Notes under the pieces: model-generated
Told to the model about the DNA's origin: nothing
What the model saw: the letters and a program-made list of their open reading frames with translations, nothing else
Database searches by the model: none
Part shown: piece by piece, positions 36,001 to 46,400 of the stretch
How positions within the stretch are numbered: position 1 is the first letter of the stretch
Layout of the letters: the number at the start of each line of letters is the position of its first letter
From: Girardia tigrina
Lineage: Eukaryota
DNA: 57,928 nt
Reading direction: 5' to 3'
Assembly: GCA_001938485.1 (NCBI GenBank)
Contig: MQRK01245260.1
Coordinates: 54,705-112,632 of the forward strand
Program-made: the position numbers and the translations under genes

Positions 36001-39000
36001 NNNNNNNNNNNNNNNNNNNNNNNNNNNNNNNNNNNNNNNNNNNNNNNNNNNNNNNNNNNNNNNNNNNNNNNNNNNNNNNNNNNNNNNNNNNNNNNNNNNN
36101 NNNNNNNNNNNNNNNNNNNNNNNNNNNNNNNNNNNNNNNNNNNNNNNNNNNNNNNNNNNNNNNNNNNNNNNNNNNNNNNNNNNNNNNNNNNNNNNNNNNN
36201 NNNNNNNNNNNNNNNNNNNNNNNNNNNNNNNNNNNNNNNNNNNNNNNNNNNNNNNNNNNNNNNNNNNNNNNNNNNNNNNNNNNNNNNNNNNNNNNNNNNN
36301 NNNNNNNNNNNNNNNNNNNNNNNNNNNNNNNNNNNNNNNNNNNNNNNNNNNNNNNNNNNNNNNNNNNNNNNNNNNNNNNNNNNNNNNNNNNNNNNNNNNN
36401 NNNNNNNNNNNNNNNNNNNNNNNNNNNNNNNNNNNNNNNNNNNNNNNNNNNNNNNNNNNNNNACCTCATTTGGCCAAGAAAAAAGTTCTTTTCCACCAAG
36501 ACAATGCAAGGGTGCACACATGTGCAGTTGCCATGGCAAAAATTCATAAATTGGGCTATGAATTGCTTTCTCATCCGCCCTCTTCTCCAGATTTGGCTCC
36601 GAGTGACTACTTCTTGTTCCCAAACCTGAAGAAATGGCTTGGTGGAAAAAGATTTGACTCCAATGATGATGTCATCTCGCAAACAAAAGCCTATTTTGAG
36701 GACCTCGACAAATCATATTTTTTGGAAGGGATAAAAAAATTGGAGAAGCGTTGGACAAAGTGTATAGAGCTCAAGGGAGACTACGTTGAAAAATAAAATG
36801 ATTTATTTATCAAAAAATCTGTGTTTTATTCCAAAAGTCACGGACTTATTGACCCGCCCTCGTACATTAGAGCACTTGAGCTATCTGCATCAATTACTCT
36901 TCATTTATAAATAAATGTTGTTTCTGAAAGTGACTATGTCAAATATCAAAACTGACTTCCAGCAAAGGGAGTACCTATTTCAAACGTTGGAAACGACTTC
37001 CTGTATAAAAGTGTCTTTGTCCATTAACATAAAAGGCAGCTGATGCAAGCATGAATGAATGCATTGGTAGTAAAAAAAAGGTTCATTGTTTAGAAGTGAC
37101 AAAAAGTTGATCATAGTAAATTTTGAGCGTGATGGTTAAACCAACAAACAAACAAAAATTTTAGTCAAATAATTAATAATTAATAGCATTTAATAATTTT
37201 GAATTTAAAACTAAATCGTTACAATCTTTATTTTCAGTTATGATATTCAACATTTAATTCTCTATTTATTTAATTTTAATAATAATATAATTATATATAA
37301 TAATCTACTTACAATTGCAAGTAATAGATCTTTGAGCGTGACGTGCAAAAAAATTTTAGTCTATTATATTATATATTTAGAAATGTATTTCCATCACAAT
37401 TTACACCTTTTCCGATTTAGATCTCATTTATTTATTTTAAAATAAAAATTTTCGTCTACGGAGTAGAATGACTATAACAAACCATTTTTGATGGTCTCAA
37501 ATGATAAAAACTTTCTAACACTACGATAATGCTGGAGAGATCAAAATAAATGTAAGTCTGATGGATCTACATCAGGAGAATATAGCAGGAAAAAGAAAAC
37601 TTTCCAGCGAAATTCTCTTAAATTTTATAATAGCGAATTTATCATTATATATCTGAGGTCTATATAAACCCTTAAAAAGATTTCTCAATTCTTTTTACTC
37701 AATAAAATCCCCATAGTTGTTCTTCTTGTTAAAGACAGATATTTATAAAATTTAATGATTAAGGACATAAGATCTTGGTAATTATATTTTTATTCATGTC
37801 GGAAGTAGAACAGTATGAACCCTAGAAGTTAAACACTGGTCAATATAAAGGTTAAAAGAGGGATTCATAAATTTCTTTTATTTCTTTACGCCTCCCAATT
37901 TTTAAATTCCTTGTATCAATTAACTGAATTCTTATCATTTCGTCGTCTCACATTTCAAAGACAATATTTTCTACTAATTGCTCATTTCTTTTTTTTATAT
38001 CATCTCAATTTCGGTCAATTAATTGTTGTTTGATGATTCTTAAATCAGAGAACGATTGTTCGTTATAAAAATCAAAAGTTAATTAAAGAATTTGGAATTC
38101 AACTTCAATCAGTTTATTAAAGAATAATGAATACCATTAATGGCGAATTAAGACCACCTTCATACATAAAAATAAGATGATCCTTGAATGTTTGGTCTGG
38201 TGAATACGTTTCTACAAAGGCACTACACGCCTAATGTAAATAGAAAATTTAAATAGAAATCATAGCAAATTAAAACTTACATCCTCTACGGTCCGCAAAC
38301 AAAATTCACTCCCTTTATTCTGATCAGTGAGAGCTGCCACTATTAACTTAAACTTTTGACTTATGGAAGAATTGGCCTGTTAAGGAATATCTTGATAAAA
38401 GCAAAATACTTTGACTTCTGATATAAAACAAATTTTGGTAAATCACAGCGAGACATATTTTTGAAGTCATATTAATATTTTACATTAAGTCCTTAAAGGT
38501 AAAGGTCTTTAAAGGTAAAGTCATCAAAGGTAAATATATACGTTTATTTATTCCTCATTATTTTATTGAATCTTGTAAACGTTACTTTTTATACATTTTT
38601 AATAACGACTTAATTAAATCATTTTTGTAAATAGAATTACATAAAATTTTTCAATGTTTCAACAGTAAAAAATTTTTTAAAAATTATAAAAATAAGGATT
38701 ATCGTTAATATTTTAATTTTTATATTGTATTCTTAAATACGATTTTTTGGTACTTTTATTGTAATTAAGTTGTAAAATCGAAATATATATTTTGGTAAAA
38801 TTATAAAAATGCTTTCATTAAAAATGATTTTTTTTAAAAAATAATCTTATTTTTTCCGAAACTCATAAATCACATAATAGAAACTATAACATATGTGTCG
38901 ATAACATAAATTGGAAAATTAAAAATGTTTGGAATGATTAAAAATATAAATAATAATATTAATTATAATAAATGTACGCTGAAGTAAAATTTAAAAGGTG

Positions 39001-40833
39001 TAATAACCACAAATTGAATACTCTAACTTTAATATGAAAACATCAATAACGCCATTTATTTGTCGCAACACAAATTAAATTATTTAGCAAACAGCTTATG
39101 ATTATTTCTATGGTCAAAATTAATAACGTCATTGTAATTACAAATGATCCAATTCATTATGTTTTGATCAAACAAAAAGAAGAATTAATATGAAGTATTA
39201 GATAATAAACATCAAAGAAACGTAATGATAATACTAATAATAATAATAATTTGGTTATACTTATTGTAAGAATTCTTCATAATTAAAATTTACGAAATAA
39301 TTATCAATAATTTATTAAATAATTAATGTGTTAGAATACAATATTTAAATAAATCAATATTTTAGTGAAATAAATGGATCTTTATTATCATTTTAAAAAC
39401 AATATGATGTTTTTATAAATAGTAATATTACGTTGTATTTCTCATATTTTTAATAAATAATTGTAATAAATATTGTTGTTATAATTAGTACATTTGAAAC
39501 TTTTATTACTTCATATCTTATTACTTACTCATATCTTATTATTTTTCATATTTTATTACTTCTATCATACCATTATATAAATGCTGGCATCTGTTTAGTG
39601 CATGTTATACACGTTGATGAACACATGAAATTCGTTGGATTTCCAAAGTGATCTATCGATTTACAAAATAACACAACTCACTAAAGAATTTATGAATGCT
39701 GAAATAAAAGGTTGAATTCATCTTGTCTAATGGTCTGTAAAAAAGGTAAATCTATAAGCATTGCTTCGTGCATTTTACACTCACTGATGATATCAGTGTA
39801 TGTTTCTATTAACATGTTGAAAAATTTTAACTTAATTTGAAACTATAAAACTTAAATACACGTCATTTTAATAAAGGTACTTTGTTAAAAAAATTAAAAT
39901 TTTAATATGATCGTTTATAAAAAAATAATTATTAAAATTATCATCATATTTTAAAAATAATTGTTAATATTATCAATAATAGTGATAAGAATTTACAAAG
40001 ATAATAATAAAAATTTACATATTTTATATTATGTCATAATAGGATTTTTAATTAGGTTCAGTAAATTATGAAATAATTTTTCAAATAATTAGTTGAACAT
40101 ATTAAATATTTGTAATATATTAATGGAATCGATATCATTAATAAAATGAAAAAGGAGAAGATTTATTTGAGAGATCTGGATGAAAATTATTACTAGGAAA
40201 CATGATTACATTAATCTTAAAGTTAAAAATTTTTAATAAGAAATTTAAAAAATAATGGCAAAATTTTATAATTAAGAACGCCATTAAAATCAAATTTTAT
40301 TGCAATATATTTCGGTGGATTTTCCACCATCTTCAGGCTGAATAAACAACAATTTCGCTGTCTTATATATAGCAAATTGATGATTATGCAAACATCTTGT
40401 GTAATAACTAATTAAATATTTTCAACAAATTGGAAGAGAGACTTGTTTGTAGTAGAGATGATGGCTAATCTGCCAAAATTAATTACAAAAATAAATTTTG
40501 AAAAATGGCGTTCAGTTTTTAATATAGAATATAAATTGCCATTTTTTTTGTATCATTTTGTACCAATTTTGTATCATTTTTAATCATTATACAGAATCTA
40601 TAAAGAATCTATTCAAATTATAAATCTTTGAAATGATGAAAAAATAATATTAAGTTCAAAAAATTGAGATTAAAACAAAAATATTTATCATTATTAATTG
40701 CAATAAGTTGATCATTTATAATGTTAGTAAATCATTTAAAATTAGAACTTACATTTTTTAAAAACATTACACACTATTTTATTTTTACAAAAGCCTTATT
40801 TTTTTTAATACATTCAGAAACATTGAAAACATA

Positions 40834-40879
<46 letters not shown>

Positions 40880-41487
40880 TCAATTAATAATAATACACAA
40901 ATAGGAATGAATTTAAACAGGTTTTCAAAGCATGTAGTGAAGTTTTGTCAAGCTTAAATATTTTATTAATATCAATTAATTAGTTCCACAACACAAAAAT
41001 ATTTTAAAATATATATATTTAAATAGATAAATGAGTAATAACAAAAAATAAGTCTTACACGTCTATGTTCTATGCAATTCTTTAGAGTTATGCCTAAAGA
41101 AAAGAGAAGCACCTAAATATTTTTTTAATGAATAATGTCTTTTCAAATAGACAAACTTGAATTTTAAGACTTTTGTTTAAATTTTTCCAATCAGTTTTTA
41201 AATTTGATAAATTTGGAATGAAATATATTTTATCATATTTTTTTAATGGTTTAATTATTACATCACCAGAATTAGTGATAAAAATACTGTCAGGAGTTAT
41301 TAGGATTAAATCGGAATTATTGAATAAATCTGAACGTGTTAAACATGAATATACGAATCAATTTTTTATATCTCAAACCTGAAGTTTTAATAGCTTCAAC
41401 ACTTCTAGACAAAATGCTCCATAATGTAATTTCCTGAACGTTAAAATCTTTTCTTCTTAAAATCTCACTCAAACTTATGTTTCGCAT
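5594..41487 (-). CDS. PTPN13: PTPN13/FRMPD2-like KIND + FERM domain gene (multi-exon; middle and 3' exons not fully resolved)
   Basis: Hand-spliced GT-AG exons with consistent phases: 41487-41379, 41329-41157, 41112-41059, 38376-38281, 38230-38135 (KIND), unresolved middle, then 13399-13315, 13268-13203, 12564-12372, 10050-9888, 9841-9541, 9495-9445, 6009-5756, 5706-5594 (FERM). Peptides track recalled human PTPN13: SLSEIL..LWSIL ~ SLAEAL..IWAVL; FSLGITL ~ YSLGMTL; RTVEDACSA ~ RTVLDACSA; GPEF; LLNG; DNEYF; RIKFY; YLQ; MQAEHGD ~ LQAEYGD; YGMHWYRV ~ YGVHFHRV. PTPN13 vs FRMPD2 orthology cannot be settled by eye. Confidence 0.85.
7830..8202 (-). mobile_element. Solo-LTR-like family A, copy 2 (contains N gap)
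   Basis: TGTGTAGAATATTTT...GGATTGTGTTTCTCCCAACCACATGGA...AATAAA...GTTCTTAATA; perfect TSD TATAC. Confidence 0.8.
8841..9303 (-). mobile_element. Solo-LTR-like family A, copy 3
   Basis: TGTGAGGAATAT...GGATTGTGCCTCTCCCAATCAGATGGA...CTCTTAACA; flanks AAATT/AAATG. Confidence 0.75.
9445..10050 (-). CDS. FERM F1-end/F2 exons (10050-9888, 9841-9541, 9495-9445)
   Basis: DNEYFYLKED...YYRIKFYP / LLYLQSRYDLL...AGIAMQAEHGD...KIFIE / KILDNKYYGMHWYRVNK; 46- and 45-nt introns restore the frame. Confidence 0.9.
10350..12161 (-). mobile_element. Solo-LTR-like family A, copy 4 (interrupted by mariner)
   Basis: TGTGAAGAATATTTT...ATTCTTAATA; perfect TSD TCCTC; ~437 bp after removing the mariner. Confidence 0.8.
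10550..11922 (-). mobile_element. mariner transposon, full length, frameshifted
   Basis: TIRs TTAGTTCATACCAGAAAGAATGAGA / TCTCACTCTTTCTGGTACGAACAAA with TA TSD; WVPHAL, NARPH and SPYSSD motifs; ~57-bp internal tandem duplication at ~11115-11235. Confidence 0.92.
12372..13399 (-). CDS. Exons for pre-FERM GPEF motif and FERM F1 lobe (13399-13315, 13268-13203, 12564-12372)
   Basis: IEPKILTKEPSRTSFTEVANIERLDGTR / RLLGPEFIIRKNETFNTTSNVQ / KKNSILFNSGNGPLPYLVHVHLLNGVTLIV...YGLCFNL; GPEF-to-LLNG spacing is close to that of PTPN13. Confidence 0.8.
12720..13140 (+). mobile_element. Possible degenerate LINE (RTE-like) 3' fragment
   Basis: Higher-GC island in an intron with short peptides (KRPGR..., RWRTVL) reminiscent of LINE ORF2 C-termini; weak. 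Confidence 0.25.
13807..14224 (+). mobile_element. Solo-LTR-like family A, copy 5 (nested in an older family copy ~13493-14350)
   Basis: TGTGAGGAATGTTTT...GGATTGTGCCTCTCCTGCACAGATGGA...GTTGTCAATA; perfect TSD AACCA. Left flank 13640-13770 matches the copy-3 spacer, and 14290-14350 matches the family 3' block. Confidence 0.8.
15192..15454. mobile_element. PIF/Harbinger-type MITE
   Basis: TIR GGGCTCGTTCGTAAAATAC / GTATTTTACGAACGAGCCC; TAA/TGA flanks; internal GTGTGACA repeats. Confidence 0.85.
15589..16208 (-). mobile_element. Merlin (IS1595/ISXO2-like) deletion derivative
   Basis: TIR GGATC(A/T)TGTTAAAA; 8-bp TSD GAATAAAC; peptide HDTVNHSINFVEPRTGNHTQNVESYW; 29-bp subterminal tandem repeats. 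Confidence 0.9.
16361..16851 (-). mobile_element. Solo-LTR-like family A, copy 6
   Basis: TGGGAGGAATATTT...TATGTTGAATTTGGAAATGTTTTCTCTCATGCAGAT...CAACTTAATA; TSD AAATT. Confidence 0.7.
18335..19518 (-). mobile_element. Miniature LTR retroelement with ~107-bp LTRs and degenerate gag only
   Basis: Direct repeats 18335-18441 and 19413-19518 (TGTGG...CACA); 5-bp TSD CGTTC; purine tract AAGAGCAGGAGGGCG before the 3' LTR; frameshifted gag-like MSRSKFTDAVSLFDETKDFWTWILKF/ESAAAIYNIEKMSAIQILLE. Confidence 0.8.
20059..20238 (-). CDS. Probable linker-region exon of KIND-FERM gene
   Basis: Open Ser/Asn-rich frame ending ...AAMERAKAQRKAPKYLGP at a CAG|GTATTT donor; no homology support and acceptor is uncertain. 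Confidence 0.4.
20730..21546 (+). mobile_element. Solo LTR, family B copy 1 (extremely AT-rich)
   Basis: TG...CA ends, TSD CGTTG, AATAAA then ...TTGATCAAGAACCCAACA terminus. Confidence 0.8.
21847..22287 (-). mobile_element. Solo-LTR-like family A, copy 7
   Basis: TGTGAGGAATATTTT...TCTCTCTTACTCACATGGA...GTTCTTAATA; TSD AAAAT. Confidence 0.75.
22689..23251. mobile_element. MULE-type MITE with ~110-bp diverged TIRs
   Basis: Inverted arms share TTTTGGTACCAC.GTTT.GGTCCTTGGT...AAGTATGATCTGTTATGCC; flanks TCATCCATG/TTCTCCATG resemble a 9-bp TSD. Confidence 0.7.
24330..27108 (-). mobile_element. Tc1/mariner rosa (DD41D-related) long-TIR element; right TIR interrupted by a solo LTR
   Basis: ~250-bp TIRs (AGGGTGTCC.ACAGGGTATGCCTTC...); transposase 24757-25720 with frameshift: FSNEVHF, NKQNFRIWG, FMQDDARPH, PYSPDLNPFDYFL. 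Confidence 0.9.
26079..27040 (+). mobile_element. Solo LTR, family B copy 2
   Basis: Interrupts the rosa TIR cleanly; TGTTGG...TTGATCAAGAACCCAATA; TSD CAATA. Confidence 0.8.
27458..27752 (-). mobile_element. 5S rRNA-derived SINE (SINE3-type)
   Basis: 119-nt 5S-like head at 27728-27610 (GATCTCGTCCGATCTCCGAAGTCAAGCA...GTTAGTACTT...GGTGACCG..GGGAA), ~140-nt unique body, A-rich tail, 10-bp TSD AAGAAATGTT at 27448-27457 and 27753-27762. Confidence 0.8.
28327..29717 (+). mobile_element. Tc1/mariner (rosa/maT-like) element, degenerate
   Basis: TIR CAGTGCGTTCA(G/A)AAAGT(C/A)ACTGTGCACCT with TA TSD; RSGRP, QQDGATVH and PPRSPDL..FYLWG motifs; internal deletion and N gap. Confidence 0.92.
31299..32970 (-). 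mobile_element. MULE/Mutator transposon, 5'-truncated, with inverted duplicate of its 3' end
   Basis: 9-bp TSD GATTCTTTA; TTTTGGCGC-repeat TIRs; YVDGTF, YALLPNK, GCLFHL and RTNNYVEAAHRR motifs. Confidence 0.92.
35645..36862 (+). mobile_element. mariner (DD34D), near-identical TIRs, centre in assembly gap
   Basis: TIR CGAGGG(T/C)GGGTCAATAA(A/G)TCCGTGACTTTT with TA TSD; open C-terminus FHQDNARVH...SPDLAPSDYFLF...GDYVEK. Confidence 0.93.
38135..38376 (-). CDS. Exons 4-5 of KIND-FERM gene (C-terminal part of KIND)
   Basis: ANSSISQKFKLIVAALTDQNKGSEFCLRTVED / ACSAFVETYSPDQTFKDHLIFMYEGGLNSPLM; 50-nt GTAAGT...TTAG intron; both exons 96 nt, phase 0. Confidence 0.8.
40296..40346 (-). ncRNA. Minimal type I hammerhead ribozyme (Penelope-like element terminal repeat)
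   Basis: UUUAUU-CA-GC CUGAAGA U GGUGGA-AAA-UCCACC GAA AUAUAU U^GC AAUAAA: intact CUGANGA/GAAA core, 6-bp helix II, palindromic helix III, bulged helix I. Confidence 0.75.
40443..40543 (+). repeat. Degenerate inverted copy of the hammerhead-bearing repeat
   Basis: Shares GATG.TGG..A.TC.GCC.AAAT..TTACAA...AATGGCGTTC...TTGCCATT with the reverse complement of 40254-40348 and with 47553-47660. Confidence 0.6.
40838..40877. repeat. (TA)n microsatellite
   Basis: Direct observation. Confidence 0.95.
41059..41487 (-). CDS. Exons 1-3 of KIND-FERM gene (N-terminal KIND domain)
   Basis: MRNISLSEILRRKDFNVQEITLWSILSRSVEAIKTS / DLFNNSDLILITPDSIFITNSGDVIIKP...KSLKIQ / VLLFSLGITLKNCIEHRR; introns of 49 and 44 nt, phases 1 and 0. 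Confidence 0.85.
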
Positions 41488-41619
41488 AACTTTAATTATA
41501 AAATACTAAATTTTAATTTGATGCTTTTGAAATAATAATTTAATTGATCGATTTAAACAAAACTGGTTCAAGGTTATATAAACTTGTTCGATAATTTAAC
41601 GAACAAATAATAGTTTAGA

Positions 41620-42360
41620 TCAGGGGTCAATAACCTTTTTTGGACAGCGGGTCATTTTCAAAATGATTTTTTCTGCAGACCGTACATTCTTATGTAATAT
41701 AAATAGGTGCTTGAAAAAATACAAATCATTGATTTTGCAAAATTTCTTAAATTGAGGAATTTATTTTCTGGTAGATTTGAATGATATGCAATTTAATTAT
41801 TTTCATCAGAATTATTATATTCATTGTTAGATTGCAAATCAATTAACTCTAGTTGTAAATTTCAAATTCGTGCTTGTACAATATCAAATTGTAAAGAATT
41901 TTCAAATATTAGTAAGTCCATTTATTTTGCTTAAAAATCTTTAAACAGGTGACGAAAGTTTTCATCCACTACTTAAAGTGACTCAATACAAATATGCGAA
42001 GGACTCTGTTTGTTGTTTTTGGTTTAAAATGTTCGCAAAGTAAGCTAATGACAATAATTATTCTTTTTAATTTGAAGCATAAACAATTTATTTTAAGCTG
42101 GAAACTTTTATTCTCTGTAAATAGCTCGTTCATTAATTTTCAATTGTCTTGTAGTTTTATATTTCATTTATGGAGTTAAGTTTGGATGTCCACAAGAAAA
42201 GCTAACTCGCTTATTCATTTAAAATTCGATAATGCTGATATATTATTCCTTTTTCTGAAAAACATTTTAATCTTCTCTATCAAGGGGAATGAGGATTAAA
42301 GATATTGTTAATCCATGTCATAGAAAAATTTCGTTTCGCACGATAATATCTACATCTGCA
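41620..42360 (-). mobile_element. hAT (Charlie/Buster-type) remnant
   Basis: CAGGGGT terminus at 41620; decayed peptide ELAFLVDI...NIKLQ. Confidence 0.55.
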
Positions 42361-42469
42361 GAGAGTCTGTCAATCAAAATTGATTCAACAGGTCCAAAAT
42401 TGATTTCCTCAAGTAGTACCGTGCGTAGTTGCACTCTACCCAGTATATTCACCTGATTGTCGTCAACCG

Positions 42470-42618
42470 CTATTTAAGACCACATACACAATTACTATGC
42501 CAATATTTATAAATATCACATTTAGAGTCATCACCACTCTCGGAAGTTTTTTCCCCGTTTTCATCATTCTAATTAGTGTTATTTCTGAATTTTAATAATG
42601 ATTATTCGAATAATCATA
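42470..42618 (-). repeat. 3' fragment of solo-LTR-like family A (closest to copy 1), cut by mariner
   Basis: TATCACATTTAGAGTCATCAC.ACTCTC.GAAG...ATCATTCTAATT...ATGATTATTCGAA shared with 4463-4561. Confidence 0.7.
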
Positions 42619-42619
42619 T

Positions 42620-43469
42620 TAGGTTGGTCGAAAAATAATGGCGGTTTTTGAGCTTTATACTTTGTTTATCTACTTTGATATGTATATAAGTTTAAATACA
42701 TTAGTGTTAGATATTATTTGAAATCTTATGCCTAGCTGTATATTTAACGATAGCCAGTATTAACATATTGCTGTTATTTTTAGAATATTTACGGTGCTAA
42801 ATTAATAATGGAAAAAATTAAAATTCGAGCAATTTTCTTGTACGAATTTAAACTGGGTCGTAAAGCAGCAGAAACGGCTCGCAATATCAATAAAGCGTTT
42901 GGCAAGGGAACGGCTTCTGAGCGTACAGTGCAACGATGGTTCCGAAAATTTTCTGATAGAGATGAAAACTTGAAGATGAAGAAGGTCGTGGTCGTCCAGT
43001 TGCTGTGAACAACGACAATTTGAGGACAATGGTGGAAACAGATCTCCGTACAACAATCAGAGAACTTGCAGACGGGTTGGGCATTAGTCATTCAACAGTC
43101 CTGGATCATTTAAAACAACTTGGAAAAATCAAGAAACTTGATAAATTGGTTCCACATGATTTGAATGAAAATCAAAAGAACCGACGCTATGAAATTTGTT
43201 CTGCCAATCATCTTCGCAATAAAAACGATCCATTTCTTGATCGTATTGTTACCTGTGATGGGAAATGGATCTTGTATGATAACCGATGTCGATCTGCACA
43301 GTGGTTGGACAAAGATGAAGTACCGAAACACTTTCCAAAACCGAAACTAACACCCCGTAAGGTTATGGTGATAGTTTGGTGGTGTGATACTGGAATCATC
43401 CACTATAGTTTCTTGAATCCAGGTGAAGAAATCACAGCGGAGAGGTACTGTCATGAAATTGATGAAATG
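42620..43469 (+). mobile_element. mariner, 5' part, truncated by LTR insertion
   Basis: Left end TTAGGTTGGTCG; MEKIKIRAIFLYEFKLG, LVPHDL and IVTCDGKWILYDN motifs; frameshift near 42980. Confidence 0.92.
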
Positions 43470-46400
43470 TGTTGCGTTAGAATTAAAATTTAATTTAAAA
43501 CATATAACATAAAATTTAAGTATCGATTTAAACAAAATAATCAGAAATATCGTAAAGCATAAAAACAGGAGAAATCACACAAAAAACATAAGAATTGTAA
43601 CAAATCAGCAACAAAAAGTGTTAAGATGTATATAAATGGGATAAAAAGTGCAAATATTGACGGAAAGGTAAATAATTACAGACAAATAATCGATAAAGTC
43701 AGAATAACGTGTTTAAATGAATAGATAAAAATCCGCAAAAAAACAATGAAAAATTCCCAAATAATTTTACGAGCAAAACAAAATAAAAATTACGAAAATC
43801 CGGTAGGAATTCGCAGAAAAATAGCAAAATTGAAGTAAAAATAATAAATCAATAAATAACGATTAATGAACGGATTTGGATGAAATAAACAAATAAAATA
43901 GTCGGAAAAATCATGAAAATACTCATAAAATACCAACAGATAATAAAAAATAATAATCACACCGAAAAACGAGAGAAAATAGCGAGTTAATACAAAATAG
44001 TATAAATTGGAACATCGCCAAATAAAGAAGTAACGATGAAAATCTCACAAAATGAAGACAAAAAATTCATAAAATAATCGGAAAAATAATGGAAAAATCA
44101 GCAAGATACAAAAATACGGCAATCAATACTAATCAACCAAGATTTCGAAAGAAAATAATTAAAAATTAATAAAATTGTTTCACAGTAATATTGCGATCAA
44201 AAAACGCAAATATGAATGAAAATCGATCGATAAAAGCGGAAAAATCGTAAAAATTATGATAAAAATTATGCGATAGAAAATATGAAAAAATACGCAGCGA
44301 AAATAGAAAAATACGAAAAGAAACATAAAAAATCAACTAAATCGAAAATCATCCAAATAATAAATATTTAATCAATCAATGAGTCCAATATTATGCGGAC
44401 GCCTCTGAAATAAATTCCAATCGATTTAGAGTAACGTAAAAAGCTGCAAAAATGTAATAATGATAAGTATCCATCGAAGCCGCAATAAATTATAAATCGA
44501 AAATATATCAAACAGAATGAATTAGATGCGGGAAAATCTGAAAAATTTCCAAAAAATCAGGAATAAACAGATTAACGGAAATAATCGAACTCCACATGAA
44601 AATCCAACTGAAATCGATGTGAAAAATAAAATCTGACGAAATCACGCGCATAACGAATATCGGCCAAATTAGTAGATAATTCGAAACTCATAATCAATTA
44701 ACGTGAGGATCACTGAAAAACACAATTACCAAAAATCCTGAAAGGTAAAATCAACAGTTTCAGACAAAATTCAAAATTTCAATCGAAAATCAGAAAAGTT
44801 AAAATCAAATTTAAATGAATGTATCAATAAAATAAAGTCTTCACTCTCCTCTGGATCGTCGCAGTGGCGGGCCTTTACATTATGCCGGCTCCAGGAGGTA
44901 AAAAACGAAATAAAATATATGGAAGATAAAGGTCATTCAAAAAAAATGTAAATTTCACTCACTTTGAAACGGAATTTCCGCATGGGATTAGGAGTGCGCG
45001 CGTGGAGCATCGTCACTGACATAATGCAATTGATCCGAATAAACAATGATGCTCTGAAGGTCCGGAAAAAGGCTGAAAAGATTATCAAAATTATTAAAAT
45101 TAAAACAAAACAAATGTACTTACCGGATTAATCATCGATCAAAAAATTTTATAAAATTTTTTAATTTTAGAAAGTCCAAAAATGGAACTGACGTGTTCCC
45201 ATCAAAATTGGTCGTACGATTCCAAAACGTACGTGGACCAATTAAGAATTAACACGCGACAATTTTAGACTGAAATCCCAGTATAAATCCCAAAAAATAA
45301 AATAAACAATAATAATTAATGTCAGAATAAAATAAATTTATTTACATTCTCCACCAAAATAAACAAAACAATTAAATAAACAATAATTAATAAAATAAAT
45401 TTATTTACATTCCCCAACATTCGTGGGGGGTTCGTAAAGTTATGACCTCATAACTTTAAATAACACACAAGGATAATTAGAAAATGTTCACAGTTTTTAA
45501 TGATAATGTCTCTGCAATCTGCTTTTCCGGTTCTGATTGTGGACTCTGGTCAACTCGTCGGAACGGGTTCCACTTGTCGAACATTCATGCTGTTGCCGGC
45601 TTGCCTGGAATCGTCGGTAATCGGCTGTAAAGAGTTCATCGTCCCATCGAGAATCCCCAGATTGCTCAAACTTAGGTCGAAACCTATGTGGAGCGCGCAT
45701 ATGGACAAATGACGTATTGTCCGCTGGAGGGGATGCAACGGTGGGCGGTATACTTATAATATTATCTAAGAAGGCATGAAATCCTTCTCTGTGTTCTTCT
45801 TCTGTTCCTGTTATGGTATCGCCGTTAACTTCCGAATCTCTTCGGAGAAATATTTCTTTTGATCGCATCTGATTATTTCCTCTTCTGCGTCTTGCAGTTC
45901 TTGTGCATTTAATTTTCCTCGTCTTTTTTCTAACAATGAATGTTTTTTACTATTATACATAAATCTTTGCATCCATCCACGTATTCTGACTGACGATTCC
46001 CAACAGGAAAATGTATCTGGTTCTAGTGCATTTCTTTCAGACAGCTTAATTTTATTCAAAGCCAAAAATGTAGCTTCCTTTTTTAATTCTCGGTTTTTAA
46101 AATGCTCTGCAACATCCTGATTTGGCCACTCGGCTGAATTCTTTTGAAGGAAGGTCGGACCTTTCCACCACAATTCACAATGCTGCAACTCTTCTACCAA
46201 GACACCTCTCGACAAAATGTCCGCTGGATTTTCTTTTGATGGAATGTGTCTCCACTGATTCGCTTTTGTAACAGCCTGAATGGTTCCAATTCTATTCGCA
46301 ACAAAAGTTTTGTATCACTTGCTTTGCTCCCGTATCCAATACAATACATCAACACTATCAGTCCAAAATACAACTCGGGCAATGTCCAACTGCAATATTT

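Noticed and set aside
35725-36682. Long ORFs of 274-339 aa in several frames
   Set aside because: Artefacts of translating the N gap; only the mariner frame is real.
39570-39810. Extra exons with GTGAGT donors
   Set aside because: The splice paths I tried hit stops, and exon 3 joins exon 4 directly with correct KIND alignment.
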